64,000 nt of DNA from an uncultured cyanobacterium (GTDB taxonomy: Bacteria; Cyanobacteriota; Cyanobacteriia; Cyanobacteriales; Cyanobacteriaceae), in assembly GCA_963749915.1 (NCBI GenBank), contig CAVVOP010000008.1, forward strand, positions 480,001-544,000. Direction: 5' to 3'. Of the stretch, positions 1 through 10,486 are shown piece by piece. Under the pieces are notes generated by a model. That model was not told the DNA's origin, did no database searches, and saw only the letters and a list, made by a program, of their open reading frames with translations. Positions within the stretch are counted from its first letter, which is position 1. Every line of letters begins with the position of its first letter. A program made the position numbers and the translations under genes.

Positions 1-612
1 CCAATACTTTAACAAAATAATACCAGATCTGACTAACATACGCTCAAATTCTGGGCAGTCTTGCATAAAATCTCGATACTGCTCATCGTTACAAAAACCC
101 ATTACATGCTCAACTCCAGCACGGTTATACCAACTACGGTCAAAACAGACTATTTCACCTGCCGCAGGCAAATGAACTATATAGCGTTGGAAGTACCATT
201 GTGTCTTTTCTATATCACTCGGTGTACCTAATGCTACAACTCGACAACCTCGGGGATTGAGGGGTTCGGTAATACGTTTGATAGTACCACCTTTGCCTGC
301 GGCATCACGTCCTTCAAACACGATAACAATACGGGCACCAGCATGTTTAACCCAATATTGCATTTTTACCAGTTCTAGTTGCAGACGAGCAAGCTCTTTT
401 TCATAAAACTTTTTGGGTAGTTTTGAGCTACCTTCCCCTTCAGAAATGTATCGGATAGTTACTCTTTCGCGAATTTTAGGTTGGGATTTCTTCTGGTTCT
501 TAGATTTTTTGTTTTTTTTCTTTTTGTTATCTACTTTGTTGTCGACTTTGGGAAGATTATTTTCAGGGATTACAGCTTTACAATTATTACCTTTCATAGA
601 TTTAGCATTCAT
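1..612 (-). CDS. ppk2: Polyphosphate kinase 2 (partial; runs off the left edge)
   Basis: Not in the ORF track. My translation from ATG at 612 gives ...YEKELARLQLELVKMQYWVK...VFEGRDAAGKGGTIKRITEPLNPRG...WYFQRY...FDRSWYNRAGVE, the PPK2 Walker A/B motifs. Lys-rich N-terminal extension. Confidence 0.93.
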   Translation of the reverse strand, partial: MNAKSMKGNNCKAVIPENNLPKVDNKVDNKKKKNKKSKNQKKSQPKIRERVTIRYISEGEGSSKLPKKFYEKELARLQLELVKMQYWVKHAGARIVIVFEGRDAAGKGGTIKRITEPLNPRGCRVVALGTPSDIEKTQWYFQRYIVHLPAAGEIVCFDRSWYNRAGVEHVMGFCNDEQYRDFMQDCPEFERMLVRSGIILLKYW

Positions 613-716
613 AAACACCTACTTGTTATCTCTGGATTTACTTTTTTTCATCATAGCCATAATCAAGCTAGCTGACATGTATTGAAGATCACTAAAGAGA
701 CAAAGGACATAAAACT

Positions 717-938
717 TTACAGATCAATATTTTCTTCTTCATCGGGTTTATTTTGTATAATAACTTGGTAACTAGCACCAATAACAAAGCCTAAAACTGC
801 TCCTCCAATTACTGCAACTTTTCTGCGGGAAGGTCTTTCGCTAATATAATTAATTGCCAAACCAAGCATAGCAAAAATAAGGGCATTCATGATTCCCGAA
901 AAAATAATCATTTTAATATTCACGCTTTCACCTTCCAA
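717..938 (-). CDS. Small membrane protein, two TM helices, unknown function
   Basis: 73-aa ORF with two hydrophobic segments, co-oriented between iscS and ppk2; start uncertain. Confidence 0.6.
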   Translation of the reverse strand: MEGESVNIKMIIFSGIMNALIFAMLGLAINYISERPSRRKVAVIGGAVLGFVIGASYQVIIQNKPDEEENIDL

Positions 939-1101
939 ATAATGACAAAATTTAGGATATTTCCATTATTAAATATATAGCATTTATCCTATTTATTTTG
1001 AGTTTTGCTATATTCACCTTATTTGATAACAAATGGCACATTTAAGCTGACAAATTCTTCACAAAAGTTGATTCCAAATATTTTGTTCGCTTTAGATTTT
1101 T

Positions 1102-2262
1102 TTATATTTTGGCACGGCGTAAGTTATTAATAGCATTAACGGTGAATTCGGCGACTTTTTTTATCTCCGCGATAGTATTGAATCTGCCAATGCCAAAACG
1201 TAAAGAGGCCTTTGCTAAGTTGTCAGGGTGTCCTAATGCTTTTAATACATGAGAGGGTTTTGTGGAAGTGGAAGAACAAGCCGAACCCGATGAAACAGCG
1301 ATGGCCGATTGTAAAGCTAATAATAATGCTGAACCGTCAACGCCATCAATGCTGATATTCAAGTTTCCTGCTAATCGTTGATTTAAGTCGCCATTTAGAT
1401 ATATTCCCTCCGATTGGCTTAGTTTTTCCCATAAATAATTTCTTAACTCCTGTTGTCGTTGATTTTCGGTACCTAACTCTTGTAAAGCGATTTTTACGGC
1501 CTCAGCAAAACCGACTATTTGCGGTGTACAGAGTGTCCCCGATCGAAAACCCCTTTCTTGTCCTCCCCCGTGAATTTGTGGAGCTAATTTTACTCGTGGA
1601 TTTTTTCGCCGTACATATAACGCTCCAATGCCCTTTATACCGTGAATTTTATGAGCTGTTAATGACATTAAATCAATATTCATTTTTTGCACATCTAAAG
1701 AAATTTTACCGATAGCTTGAGCAGAATCTGTATGAAAAATAATCTCATTTTCGTGACAAATGGCCCCAATTTTAGCAATATCTTGAATAACACCGATTTC
1801 ATTATTTGCCGTCATTACCGACACTAAAATAGTATCAGGGCGAATAGTTTTAGTTAGTAAATTTAAGTGTAATAAACCATTTTTTTCCACTGGTAAAAAA
1901 GTTACCTCAAAACCCAAAGTTTGTAAATACTCGCAAGGCTCAATAACTGCTTTATGTTCTGTTTGTACTGTTATAATATGTCTGCCTTTACTAAAATAAG
2001 CCTCTGCAACCCCTTTGATAGCTAGATTATTGGCTTCCGTTGCTCCACTGGTAAAAATAATCTCCGTTTCTTCGGCGTTAATAGCTTGCGCAATAATACT
2101 TCTAGCCTGTTTTACTGCCGCTTCTGCCTCCCAGCCATAAACGTGGGCGTTGCTGGAAGGATTCCCAAAATAATCGGTAAAATAAGGCATCATAGCTGTT
2201 AAAACCCTCGGATCTACTTGGGTGGTGGCATGGTTATCAAGATAAATAGGATGATTGATCAT
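1102..2262 (-). CDS. iscS: Cysteine desulfurase (IscS/NifS family)
   Basis: IYLDNHATT, FTSGATEANN, PLP lysine in LTAHKIHG, catalytic Cys in SSGSACSS. Confidence 0.93.
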   Translation of the reverse strand: MINHPIYLDNHATTQVDPRVLTAMMPYFTDYFGNPSSNAHVYGWEAEAAVKQARSIIAQAINAEETEIIFTSGATEANNLAIKGVAEAYFSKGRHIITVQTEHKAVIEPCEYLQTLGFEVTFLPVEKNGLLHLNLLTKTIRPDTILVSVMTANNEIGVIQDIAKIGAICHENEIIFHTDSAQAIGKISLDVQKMNIDLMSLTAHKIHGIKGIGALYVRRKNPRVKLAPQIHGGGQERGFRSGTLCTPQIVGFAEAVKIALQELGTENQRQQELRNYLWEKLSQSEGIYLNGDLNQRLAGNLNISIDGVDGSALLLALQSAIAVSSGSACSSTSTKPSHVLKALGHPDNLAKASLRFGIGRFNTIAEIKKVAEFTVNAINNLRRAKI

Positions 2263-2319
2263 AAGTAATCAGTAGTAATCGGTTTAAAATTTTATACTGA
2301 GCCAATAATATCAAAATCA

Positions 2320-2513
2320 ACCCAGCCGTAGTCCAAGCACTCAAAATGTTCTGTCAAATCATCCCTGTAAAAGATTCCGGATTCACAACTGCGGTGCAGT
2401 TAGTGGTGAGCTGTTTCAACTGGATTAGGATTGGATTATAGCCGAAAGAAAACTACTGCTGCTATGAGAGAGAGATAGGGGATCCGTGAAGCGTTGAGTC
2501 TCTTGTAGTTGGC
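2320..2513 (+). ncRNA. ssrS: 6S RNA (ends approximate)
   Basis: ~190-nt irregular rod. 5' arm caagcactcaaaatgttc...atccctgt pairs with 3' arm ataggggat...gaagcgttgagtctcttg around a central bubble. Inner stem gcggtgcagttagt/actactgctgc. Blocks atgttc, ccctg, cacaa, tggtgagc and agcc...aaaact occur in the order I recall for 6S RNA. Confidence 0.72.
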
Positions 2514-2650
2514 ATGAATTAATAATCTATCCCACACGTCTTTGATGGACTACCAAAATCTTTTTTATTGAGGCCGTTTTAATAATTCTTAATAAAAAAT
2601 TCATGTTTATCTCATATTTGTGATCATCCATCGATGATATTTTCTTACTT

Positions 2651-3520
2651 ATGTTAATCTTAAAACTAAAATCATTTTTAAATTTAATTCTTAAACTATA
2701 TAAAAGATCTATGAACAGTTCTCAATCTTCTCCCATTCCTAAACCTTCTTTAACTAATATGGATTGGTATGCCATCGCCTGTAAAATAAGGAAACAAAAT
2801 CAGGAATTAAAAGAAAAAACCGTCCAGTTGGAAAAAATAATAGAAGAACAAAAAAACCAAATGAAAGTCCCAGTTATTAAAAATCAAGAATATCAAAAAC
2901 AAAAATCTGTCATTGAAAGTTTAAATAGTGAATTAAAAAAAAATCAACAATTAGCGGCGGGTTTAGAAAGAGAATGCTCCTTACTTCAGGATAAATATAA
3001 CGAAATTCAACATCAATTAAAACAAACAGAAAAGGAAAATAAAGAGTTACAGATTAGACTGCAAAGACAACAACGATATAATATTCAATATAAAGCTGCA
3101 CTAGATCAATATTTAACAGTTTCTTCCCCAACTTCTCCCGATGTTGAAAGCCTGAGAATTGAATCTTGGTCGGAAGATCGGCCCCATAGTCCAATACAAA
3201 ATCCCTCGATCAATTTGTCGTCGGAAGATAAAAATATAAATCAAGAAAATCCTGAACTTGTTTTTAATAATTTAAGTCAAAAAACTGACGAAGATATAGT
3301 ATATGACCTACCAAAAAACCTAGATAATTCTCAATCATTAAATGAAGGCATAAAGCCGAGTATATCTTCTATTTTATCGATAAAAAACCTAAGTCTTCCT
3401 CCTTTAAATAAATCAGAAAAAACCGATAATAATTTAGAGGTAAAAAACTCAGATCATTCTGATAATAGTAAACAAAAAAGTCGTCAATCGTTTTTGAAAT
3501 TACCTAAATTTGGCAAATAA
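2651..3520 (+). CDS. Coiled-coil hypothetical protein (start may be ATG 2711)
   Basis: Q/E/K-rich heptad region ending RLQRQQRYNIQYKAALDQYL, then a low-complexity tail. Confidence 0.7.
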   Translation: MLILKLKSFLNLILKLYKRSMNSSQSSPIPKPSLTNMDWYAIACKIRKQNQELKEKTVQLEKIIEEQKNQMKVPVIKNQEYQKQKSVIESLNSELKKNQQLAAGLERECSLLQDKYNEIQHQLKQTEKENKELQIRLQRQQRYNIQYKAALDQYLTVSSPTSPDVESLRIESWSEDRPHSPIQNPSINLSSEDKNINQENPELVFNNLSQKTDEDIVYDLPKNLDNSQSLNEGIKPSISSILSIKNLSLPPLNKSEKTDNNLEVKNSDHSDNSKQKSRQSFLKLPKFGK

Positions 3521-3562
3521 ACCCCATTGGCAGTTCGCAGTTACTTCTGACAACCAATTTAT

Positions 3563-4294
3563 CTATTTTTTTAGCAAACCCTCATTATTATTACCCTGTT
3601 TCAATTCTAAACAGTATCCAGCACCATATACTGTTTTAATATAACGAGGACGACGGGGATCAGGTTCTAATTTTGTGCGCAAATGTCTAACATGAACTCT
3701 AATGGTTTCAATGTCATCATCCGGATCGTACCCCCATACTTCCTTGAGAATATCACTGGGAGAAACCGTTTGTCCATGACGTTGTAATAAACAATGTAAT
3801 AAATCAAATTCTAAATGAGTTAGTTTGATAGTTTTCTCGAACCAAATTGCCTCAAATCTTTCCGGTACAAGGGTTAAAGATCCATAGTTAAGAATTTCGC
3901 TATATTTTGTTACTTGTGACGTGCGTTCACTTCTTCTTAATAAGGCTTTTACCCTTGCCAACATTTCCTCAACTTCAAAGGGTTTTGTTAAATAATCATC
4001 TGCACCTGCATTAAAACCATCGACTTTATCTTTAGTTTGTGCTAGAGCAGTTAACATTAATACAGGTATATTGGAAGTTCTCTCATCTCGTCTCAATCTT
4101 TGACAGACAGTAAAGCCATCAACTTTCGGTAACATGAGGTCTAACATAATTAAATCTGGTTGGATTTGTAATGCTAAAGCCTGACCTTTAATGCCGTCCT
4201 CTGCCTGGCAAATATCATATCCTGCCATTTCTAAGTTAATGGATACTAGTTCGGCGATCGCTGGGTCGTCATCAATGACTAATATTCGAGACAT
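3563..4294 (-). CDS. rpaA: OmpR-family response regulator RpaA
   Basis: [87 protein letters not shown]. Confidence 0.95.
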   Translation of the reverse strand: MSRILVIDDDPAIAELVSINLEMAGYDICQAEDGIKGQALALQIQPDLIMLDLMLPKVDGFTVCQRLRRDERTSNIPVLMLTALAQTKDKVDGFNAGADDYLTKPFEVEEMLARVKALLRRSERTSQVTKYSEILNYGSLTLVPERFEAIWFEKTIKLTHLEFDLLHCLLQRHGQTVSPSDILKEVWGYDPDDDIETIRVHVRHLRTKLEPDPRRPRYIKTVYGAGYCLELKQGNNNEGLLKK

Positions 4295-4457
4295 TATCAG
4301 TTCTACCTATAATAATTGGTGAATAAAAATTGTATTTGTTTAAAAAAACAAAAACTTATCTTACGGTAAAGATTATAAGCAATATTGTTAAAGATGAATA
4401 AGTTTTATTAACTTTTTATAACTTATAACTTTGGTTCCTCATTTCTGTCTTGATGGA

Positions 4458-4563
4458 CTAGTGGTCTAGCAATTTTGAAATGAGGGATAGCAGGATTCTC
4501 CAAAATCTAAAATCCAAAATTATCCGTTCCCAGTCCCTCAAAACTATCTTGACAGACCACTAG
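4458..4563. mobile_element. MITE-like element, family A (CTAGTGGTCT...AGACCACTAG)
   Basis: Terminal inverted repeats bounded by CTAG and internal CCAAAAT-type heptamers. Partial copies at 24364-24425 (inverted) and ~16931-16963. Confidence 0.7.
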
Positions 4564-4568
4564 TACGC

Positions 4569-5120
4569 TTATCTATCACTGGGCAATTTTACACCAATTT
4601 TACTCACATCAACAGCGTAACCTCCCACGGTTAAATATACGGTGTTGGCGATGCCCCCTACTAAACGGATGACTTTGCCCAAACGTTCACGAAATAAACG
4701 CCCTAAAGGGTAAGCAGGAATAACTCCCCAACCTGTTTCTTCTGCTACTAAGATAATTTCATTAGAGGTATTTTCCAAACTCGACACTAATTTTTCCACT
4801 TGAGTTTGCCAATTAGATTCATCTTTCTCTAAACTGTTGGCAACCCATGTGCCGAGGGAGTCGATTAAGACACAATTATCTTCAGAAGTTTGCCCAATGG
4901 CTGAAGATAAATCCAGGAGAATTTCCCATGTTTGCCAATTTTTTGGTCTTCTTTCCCGATGTTGCTCTATTTTAAGTGCCCATTCTTTATCATTGTCAAC
5001 TTTTTGAGCTGTTGCAATATAAATTACCGGTTTATGACTATTATTTGCTAAATATTCTGCCCATTCACTTTTACCTGAATTTGCCGCTCCTGTGACTAAA
5101 ATTATATTAGAATCGTTCAT
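4569..5120 (-). CDS. cobU: Adenosylcobinamide kinase/adenosylcobinamide-phosphate guanylyltransferase
   Basis: LVTGAANSGKSEWAE, YIATA, IEQHRERRP, LIDSLGTWV, EETGWGVIP, GRLFRERLG. Confidence 0.92.
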   Translation of the reverse strand: MNDSNIILVTGAANSGKSEWAEYLANNSHKPVIYIATAQKVDNDKEWALKIEQHRERRPKNWQTWEILLDLSSAIGQTSEDNCVLIDSLGTWVANSLEKDESNWQTQVEKLVSSLENTSNEIILVAEETGWGVIPAYPLGRLFRERLGKVIRLVGGIANTVYLTVGGYAVDVSKIGVKLPSDR

Positions 5121-5252
5121 ATTGTCACCTAAATATCATTCGAAAACTCAAAAAAAAGATTAGTATTTTTAAACTACTATTTTCGGCTGATTGTGGCAAA
5201 ATAGTAGATAGTTAATGATGATAACCTTATAGTTGAGTAAGAACTAAAAATC

Positions 5253-5687
5253 ATGAATAGTTGTGTTTTAATGGCAAAAATCGTCCGCAATCCCCAATTA
5301 AGATACACCCAAGATAATCAATTGGCGGTTACAGAGATGATGGTAGAGTTTGAAAATCTTTCCCCCAATAGCCCTCCTTCCATGCTCAAAGTCATAGCAT
5401 GGGGTAATTTAGCCACCGATGTTGAACAAAAATACACAGAGGGTAATCAAGTTGTTTTGACTGGACGTTTAAAGATGGATGTGGTGGAAAGACAAGGATA
5501 TAAGGAAAAAATTGCTGAGTTGACGATTTCTCATATTTATCCCCTGGATGGAAATGGTAACAGTAATTCTCCTAGTAATAATGTTGTCAATCTAAATAAT
5601 TATCAACCCGATGATAATGGCGATGATGATGCCATTTTACATGATGACACTGTTGACCCTAATAAATTAGATAATATTCCTTTTTAA
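5253..5687 (+). CDS. ssb: Single-stranded DNA-binding protein
   Basis: MNSCVLMAKIVRNPQLRYT OB-fold start; acidic C-terminal tail ending DNIPF. Confidence 0.88.
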   Translation: MNSCVLMAKIVRNPQLRYTQDNQLAVTEMMVEFENLSPNSPPSMLKVIAWGNLATDVEQKYTEGNQVVLTGRLKMDVVERQGYKEKIAELTISHIYPLDGNGNSNSPSNNVVNLNNYQPDDNGDDDAILHDDTVDPNKLDNIPF

Positions 5688-5843
5688 TCATTGACCATTG
5701 ACGGTTAACAAGGTAAAAAGTCAGAAGGCTGGAGTAAAAATATTTGACCATTAAACTAAATAAATTAATTGTTTGATTTTTTTATTTTTTATTTAGTGTT
5801 TCCCTGAGGCAATATTTTAGAATTCATAATTGACAAATTATAG

Positions 5844-7538
5844 TTATTTTTTTACTAAAAGCTTGATTTTATTAACTATTTTAATGATAATTTCCTCCAG
5901 CCATAGGATAAATTGATCTAGTTTTTCTAGTATGATTTGCAAGAGGTGTTTTTCATATTTTATTTCGACAACTTTAGCCTCTATTTCTTCTAAAACTACT
6001 GTTTCTTTCTCCAATTTAACCGGGTTTTCTTCCTGAATAGTGATACTTTTAGAGCCACTTTTTCTTTCTACTATTTTATCATTTTTGTTATGGGCGATCA
6101 CTGATTTTGGAGTTATTTTGATTGTCTTTTCGACAGTTCCGGTTATAATTTCCCTATCATCGGTAAAACTAAGACAATTATTATTAATAGAAGAATCGGA
6201 TAAAGCAGCATAACCATATAAATCTTCCCATGACAACCAAGGATCTGCGACCTCTTCATTAATTACGATAATTTCTGTTTCCGAAAAACTAGGTAAAAAA
6301 CTGTTTTTATTATGATTAGAGGATAAATCATTGGCTTTATTTTTCTTATTAAAAAAGTAATTAATTGCCGCCCAAATTAAAATTTTTACTTGAAAAGGAT
6401 CATCAGGATTATTGAGTTTATTATTGAGATTGTTTTTAGCAATATTAAGTTGATTTAAACCGTAACTAATTAACTTTTTGTTAGTATCTTGCACAAGGAA
6501 AATAATTTTTTCCATGCTATCTTGCCATCGAGTAACTATGTTTTGAATATTGTTATTAGTCGATGAATTTGCTAGAGGGAAATAAGAACTATTTTCATCG
6601 AAAGAAGGCAATTTATAATTATTATTATCACTATTTTCTGTTAAATTATGATGATTACTACCCCGTTTTAAAAAATAGTCAATAGCGGCTTTAATTAAAA
6701 GAAAGATAGATAACTTTTCTTTATTTTCTGGGTTTAATGCTTGGGAACAATTAGCGATATTATTATCTTGATTCTTACTGTTAGCAATTGGACTATCCGC
6801 ATTTGATATATTAAGATTACCTGAAAATATTAGGCTTTCTAAACTGGCAAAAAAATTATCAATTAAGGAGACAATATTATTCTGCTTTGATAGGAATAAG
6901 CTAGAATGTGATTGATTATTTAGTACCAAATCTGATGGATTAAGATTATTAATATCTTGAGAAATCTTAACATCCATTTTTGACTTGTCGAAAATATTAA
7001 ACCAAGCTAAAAATTTAGAAAGAAAGTTAGATTGTGAATCGCAAGGTAAAAGTTGGGCATTAGTCAACTCATCGGCAATATGATCAATAAGCTTCTTAAC
7101 CTCTCCTTGTTTATTGACAGGAATAAGATCAGTAGATTTATTATTTTCTAAAATGCAAATGATATGTTTATCTTTTAAGCGACTGGCAAAACCTTGAAAA
7201 TTTTTGACAGGAAAAGAGATTAATTGAGGGTTAAGATTAATGGCCTCATTAACACTCTTAATTAAGTCATCTCCAGAGGCTAGAGTTTTGGATTGAGGAG
7301 AATCCCTTAAAGGAGACGAGACAGAGGAAGAAACAGGAGAAAAAGTTTTACTAATTTTTTTCGTGGTTTCCCATAGCCAAAATAAAGGAAAAACTAGAGT
7401 TTGTAAACCAGTTTTTGCTACATATCCAAATTCACGGAATTTAACATTAATTTGACTATTAAATTTGATATAATTTCGGTTGATAAAATTAAATAATCGA
7501 CTTTTGTAAGGTTTATTTGATGGTGACGGTGAAGACAT
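5844..7538 (-). CDS. Hypothetical protein, low complexity, with a repeated (I/L)xAAI(D/N)YF motif
   Basis: 564-aa ORF; N-terminal PYKSRLFNFINR; two AAI(D/N)YF motifs; DPWLSWEDLY. Confidence 0.7.
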   Translation of the reverse strand: MSSPSPSNKPYKSRLFNFINRNYIKFNSQINVKFREFGYVAKTGLQTLVFPLFWLWETTKKISKTFSPVSSSVSSPLRDSPQSKTLASGDDLIKSVNEAINLNPQLISFPVKNFQGFASRLKDKHIICILENNKSTDLIPVNKQGEVKKLIDHIADELTNAQLLPCDSQSNFLSKFLAWFNIFDKSKMDVKISQDINNLNPSDLVLNNQSHSSLFLSKQNNIVSLIDNFFASLESLIFSGNLNISNADSPIANSKNQDNNIANCSQALNPENKEKLSIFLLIKAAIDYFLKRGSNHHNLTENSDNNNYKLPSFDENSSYFPLANSSTNNNIQNIVTRWQDSMEKIIFLVQDTNKKLISYGLNQLNIAKNNLNNKLNNPDDPFQVKILIWAAINYFFNKKNKANDLSSNHNKNSFLPSFSETEIIVINEEVADPWLSWEDLYGYAALSDSSINNNCLSFTDDREIITGTVEKTIKITPKSVIAHNKNDKIVERKSGSKSITIQEENPVKLEKETVVLEEIEAKVVEIKYEKHLLQIILEKLDQFILWLEEIIIKIVNKIKLLVKK

Positions 7539-7643
7539 ATAAGTGAATGGGCTTTATTGCATCAAATCAGAATAAAAGTATTGCCAAGAAAAAATCAACT
7601 AAAATAGGGAACAGCTACACAAGACTTACTGTTTCTAAAACGA

Positions 7644-8036
7644 CTACTGAGAGGAATCAAAACCGATCACAAAAAATTGATTTAAAATACCAATGGTTTC
7701 AAAATTATAAATATAGAGATTAGTTTCATAAATGCTAAATAGCAGATAATTACGCTTTTGAGTGGTTTTCTCGATTAAATTTGGTACTTGACTTTTACCC
7801 GTATCTATCATCAAGTTACACACCTGACTTTTAATCGCCTCCTCGATGTTTTCGGATTTAGCGATACAAACATTTTCTTTAGCATATTTTATCAACTGCT
7901 CGGCGGCAAACTCCTCGTATTTTTTCTGTGAGGGATTAGTAAAAAACAATAACACACCGAATATTAAAAATAAACTGCCTCCAATGGTCATAGTAACAGA
8001 TAGAGGACTTCCTTGTTCAGAGGCTAGTGGATTCAT
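7644..8036 (-). CDS. DUF4359-like membrane-anchored protein
   Basis: TM helix followed by TNPSQKKYEEFA, two Cys, RNYLLFSIYET and FETIGILNQF. Confidence 0.7.
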   Translation of the reverse strand: MNPLASEQGSPLSVTMTIGGSLFLIFGVLLFFTNPSQKKYEEFAAEQLIKYAKENVCIAKSENIEEAIKSQVCNLMIDTGKSQVPNLIEKTTQKRNYLLFSIYETNLYIYNFETIGILNQFFVIGFDSSQ

Positions 8037-8101
8037 AGGGCCAAATTTTTAATAATTACTGGATCATTTTGCTAAAATATGTTATTATAGTGTGGTGTGA
8101 C

Positions 8102-8175
8102 GGCGAGCGTCGCCAAGTGGTTAAGGCAGTGGTTTGTGGTACCGCCATCCGTGGGTTCGAATCCCATCGTTCGCC
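8102..8175 (+). tRNA. trnH: tRNA-His(GTG)
   Basis: Cloverleaf with encoded G-1, acceptor stem GCGAGCG/CGTTCGC, anticodon loop TT-GTG-GT, GGTTCGAATCC T-arm and C discriminator; CCA not encoded. Confidence 0.97.
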
Positions 8176-8311
8176 CTTTTTATAAAACTGGGAGACTACC
8201 AGAGTAAACTGTTAGTGTCCGTGGGAGAAATGCAAAAAACAACAACTGCATTGAATATTTAAGATCTTTATTATTAATATAATCTATTCCTTGCCCTCCC
8301 CAAAACATTTT

Positions 8312-9604
8312 TTAGCAATTCTTTAAAAACTTTGCCACTTCGGGATAATGGTTATACTCAGCTAAACTGGCGGCAGTGTAACCTTCTCGATTTCGGTGGT
8401 GAATGTCAATATCTTTTCCCTTCAGTAATAATTTTACCCCTTCCAAATGTCCTCGATGTGCCGCCCACATTAATGCTGTGCCTCCCCCTTTATCTTCCAA
8501 GTTGAGATCAGCTCCAGCTTTTAATAGGTGTGACATCAATTCCAAATTGTTTTGATCACACACTTTCATTAATACTGTCTTTCCATCTCCTAGTCGTGTA
8601 TTCGGATCTGCTCCGGCTTGTATTAAATATATCGCTATTTTTTGCCAACCATTGACGATGGCTAAACCGAGGGGAGTGTCTTGTTGATTATTAAAGTTGG
8701 GATTTGCTCCATAGGTCAACAATTCTCCTACTATTTCTGTATGACCTTGTAAAGTGGCAATCAGTAAAGGGGAATCTCGATCTTGGTTGATGATATTAAC
8801 TTCTACCCCTGCTTTCAATAGTCGTTCCACGATGTCTAAATGACCTTCTAATACCGCTAAATGTAGAGGGCTATCCCCTGTAATGTCTTGATGATTAACC
8901 TCTGCTCCTGCTTGTAATAACCTCTCTACAATAGCCGAATTGCCGTGAGCCGAAGCCGTCATTAAAGGAGTTACTCCGTCGCGATTACCTTGATTCACAT
9001 TAACTTTTTTTTCGAGTAATAAATTGACCATCGTTAAATTATCGGTGTCAATGGCGATACTTAAGGCACCATCATCAATATATAAATCTGCCCCATAATC
9101 AGTTAAAAGGCTAACAACTTGCCTATGATTGGATTTAATAGCTAAATAAAGGGCGTTATCTCCATCTAAATCTTGATGGTTAATATCAGCATTATTTTTT
9201 AATAGCATCTCCACAATGGCGGTAAATCCTTTATAACTAGCAATCATCAATGACGAAGTTTCATCATCGTTGGTAAGGTTAACGTCTGCACCATGAGCAA
9301 TTAATGTTTGACAAATTAAGAGATGGTTTCCTGCACAGGCAAACATTAAAGGTGTCATGAGATGGGGAGGAATTCGAAAGTTAACCTCTGCCTTAGCATT
9401 GATTAATATTTCGACAATTTCCGTGTATCCCTGTTGGATGGCATAAATGAGAGATTGATTTTTTTCTTCTTGGCTAATGAGATCAAAGTCAGATTTCGAT
9501 TCTAATATTTTTTTTAGTTCGTTGATATTATTGCTGATGACTGCTGGATGTACACGGAATTGATGATTCATAATTTTATTCTTGGCTGGCATAACCGAAG
9601 ACAT
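8312..9604 (-). CDS. Ankyrin-repeat protein
   Basis: Many G-x-TPL/TAL-x-xA...G-H...V..LL..GA repeats. Confidence 0.92.
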   Translation of the reverse strand: MSSVMPAKNKIMNHQFRVHPAVISNNINELKKILESKSDFDLISQEEKNQSLIYAIQQGYTEIVEILINAKAEVNFRIPPHLMTPLMFACAGNHLLICQTLIAHGADVNLTNDDETSSLMIASYKGFTAIVEMLLKNNADINHQDLDGDNALYLAIKSNHRQVVSLLTDYGADLYIDDGALSIAIDTDNLTMVNLLLEKKVNVNQGNRDGVTPLMTASAHGNSAIVERLLQAGAEVNHQDITGDSPLHLAVLEGHLDIVERLLKAGVEVNIINQDRDSPLLIATLQGHTEIVGELLTYGANPNFNNQQDTPLGLAIVNGWQKIAIYLIQAGADPNTRLGDGKTVLMKVCDQNNLELMSHLLKAGADLNLEDKGGGTALMWAAHRGHLEGVKLLLKGKDIDIHHRNREGYTAASLAEYNHYPEVAKFLKNC

Positions 9605-9736
9605 CGAGACTTGAATTTACTTAGTCACTCGAATAACAAAAAAATAGACTGAGCAATTGCGGTCAAATTTGAGTATCATAGGATAGGTTAATTAAATCTT
9701 AACTCAAGAAGTCGAATTGCAATTAATTAAATTAAT

Positions 9737-9985
9737 ATGGTTAAATTACGTTTGAAGCGATTAGGAAAAAAAAGAGAAGTTAGTTATCGTATTGTCGCGA
9801 TGAATAGTCGTGATCGTCGAGATGGAAGAGCTTTAGAGGAATTAGGCTTTTATAACCCCAGAAGTGATGAAACTAGATTAAATGTACCGGCTATTCTCAC
9901 CAGACTAAAACAAGGCGCTCAACCCACCGAGACTGTACGCCGTATTTTAGACAAAGCAAAGGTATTTGAACAAGTAAATGCTTAA
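9737..9985 (+). CDS. rpsP: 30S ribosomal protein S16
   Basis: [12 protein letters not shown]...[25 protein letters not shown]. Confidence 0.98.
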   Translation: MVKLRLKRLGKKREVSYRIVAMNSRDRRDGRALEELGFYNPRSDETRLNVPAILTRLKQGAQPTETVRRILDKAKVFEQVNA

Positions 9986-10397
9986 TAGTGAACTAAACAT
10001 CAATATAAATGATAGTGAATCCAAACCTGATTATGACGGGTTAGTGCGTTTTTTGATTGAGCCTTTACTCGAATCCCCAGAATTGTTGAGCTTTGATTGT
10101 GAGCAAATTTCTAGCACGAGAAGGATTTGGATTCGTCTAGCTTTTGAGGAAAACGAGAAGGGCAAAGTATATGGTAGAGGCGGTCGTAACATTCAGGCCG
10201 TGAGAACTGTATTACAAACAGCCGCACAAGTTGCTGGAGATACTCTTTATTTGGAAATATATGAGGATCAAGAACGCACCAGATTGAGACGACAAAAACC
10301 TCCTTTGCGTTCCTCTGTACCCCCTAGATCACCCGGTGATGACATTTCTCGCCCTCCTATTAGAAGACGTAGTCCTGTCATTAAACCTCAGTTTTAG
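9978..10397 (+). CDS. khpA: KH-domain RNA-binding protein (KhpA-like)
   Basis: GxxG loop in [15 protein letters not shown]; usual position after rpsP. Confidence 0.85.
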   Translation: MLNSELNININDSESKPDYDGLVRFLIEPLLESPELLSFDCEQISSTRRIWIRLAFEENEKGKVYGRGGRNIQAVRTVLQTAAQVAGDTLYLEIYEDQERTRLRRQKPPLRSSVPPRSPGDDISRPPIRRRSPVIKPQF

Positions 10398-10430
10398 TGA
10401 TTAAAACAATCTCGATTATTAGATAAAAAT

Positions 10431-10474
10431 ACGCTACAATTTTTCAGATCAAACTGATTTTGTGGCGTTTTTTT
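10431..10474 (+). terminator. Putative intrinsic terminator
   Basis: acgctacaa...ttgtggcgt hairpin followed by a T-tract, downstream of khpA. Confidence 0.55.
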
Positions 10475-10486
10475 GTAAATTAGGAG

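Noticed and set aside
413..685. Plus-strand Phe/Leu-rich ORFs 413-685 and 481-675
   Set aside because: Antisense shadows of the Lys-rich ppk2 N-terminus.
8176..8311. tRNA-His 3' end as an integration site
   Set aside because: No integrase and no duplicated tRNA 3' end seen in the window.
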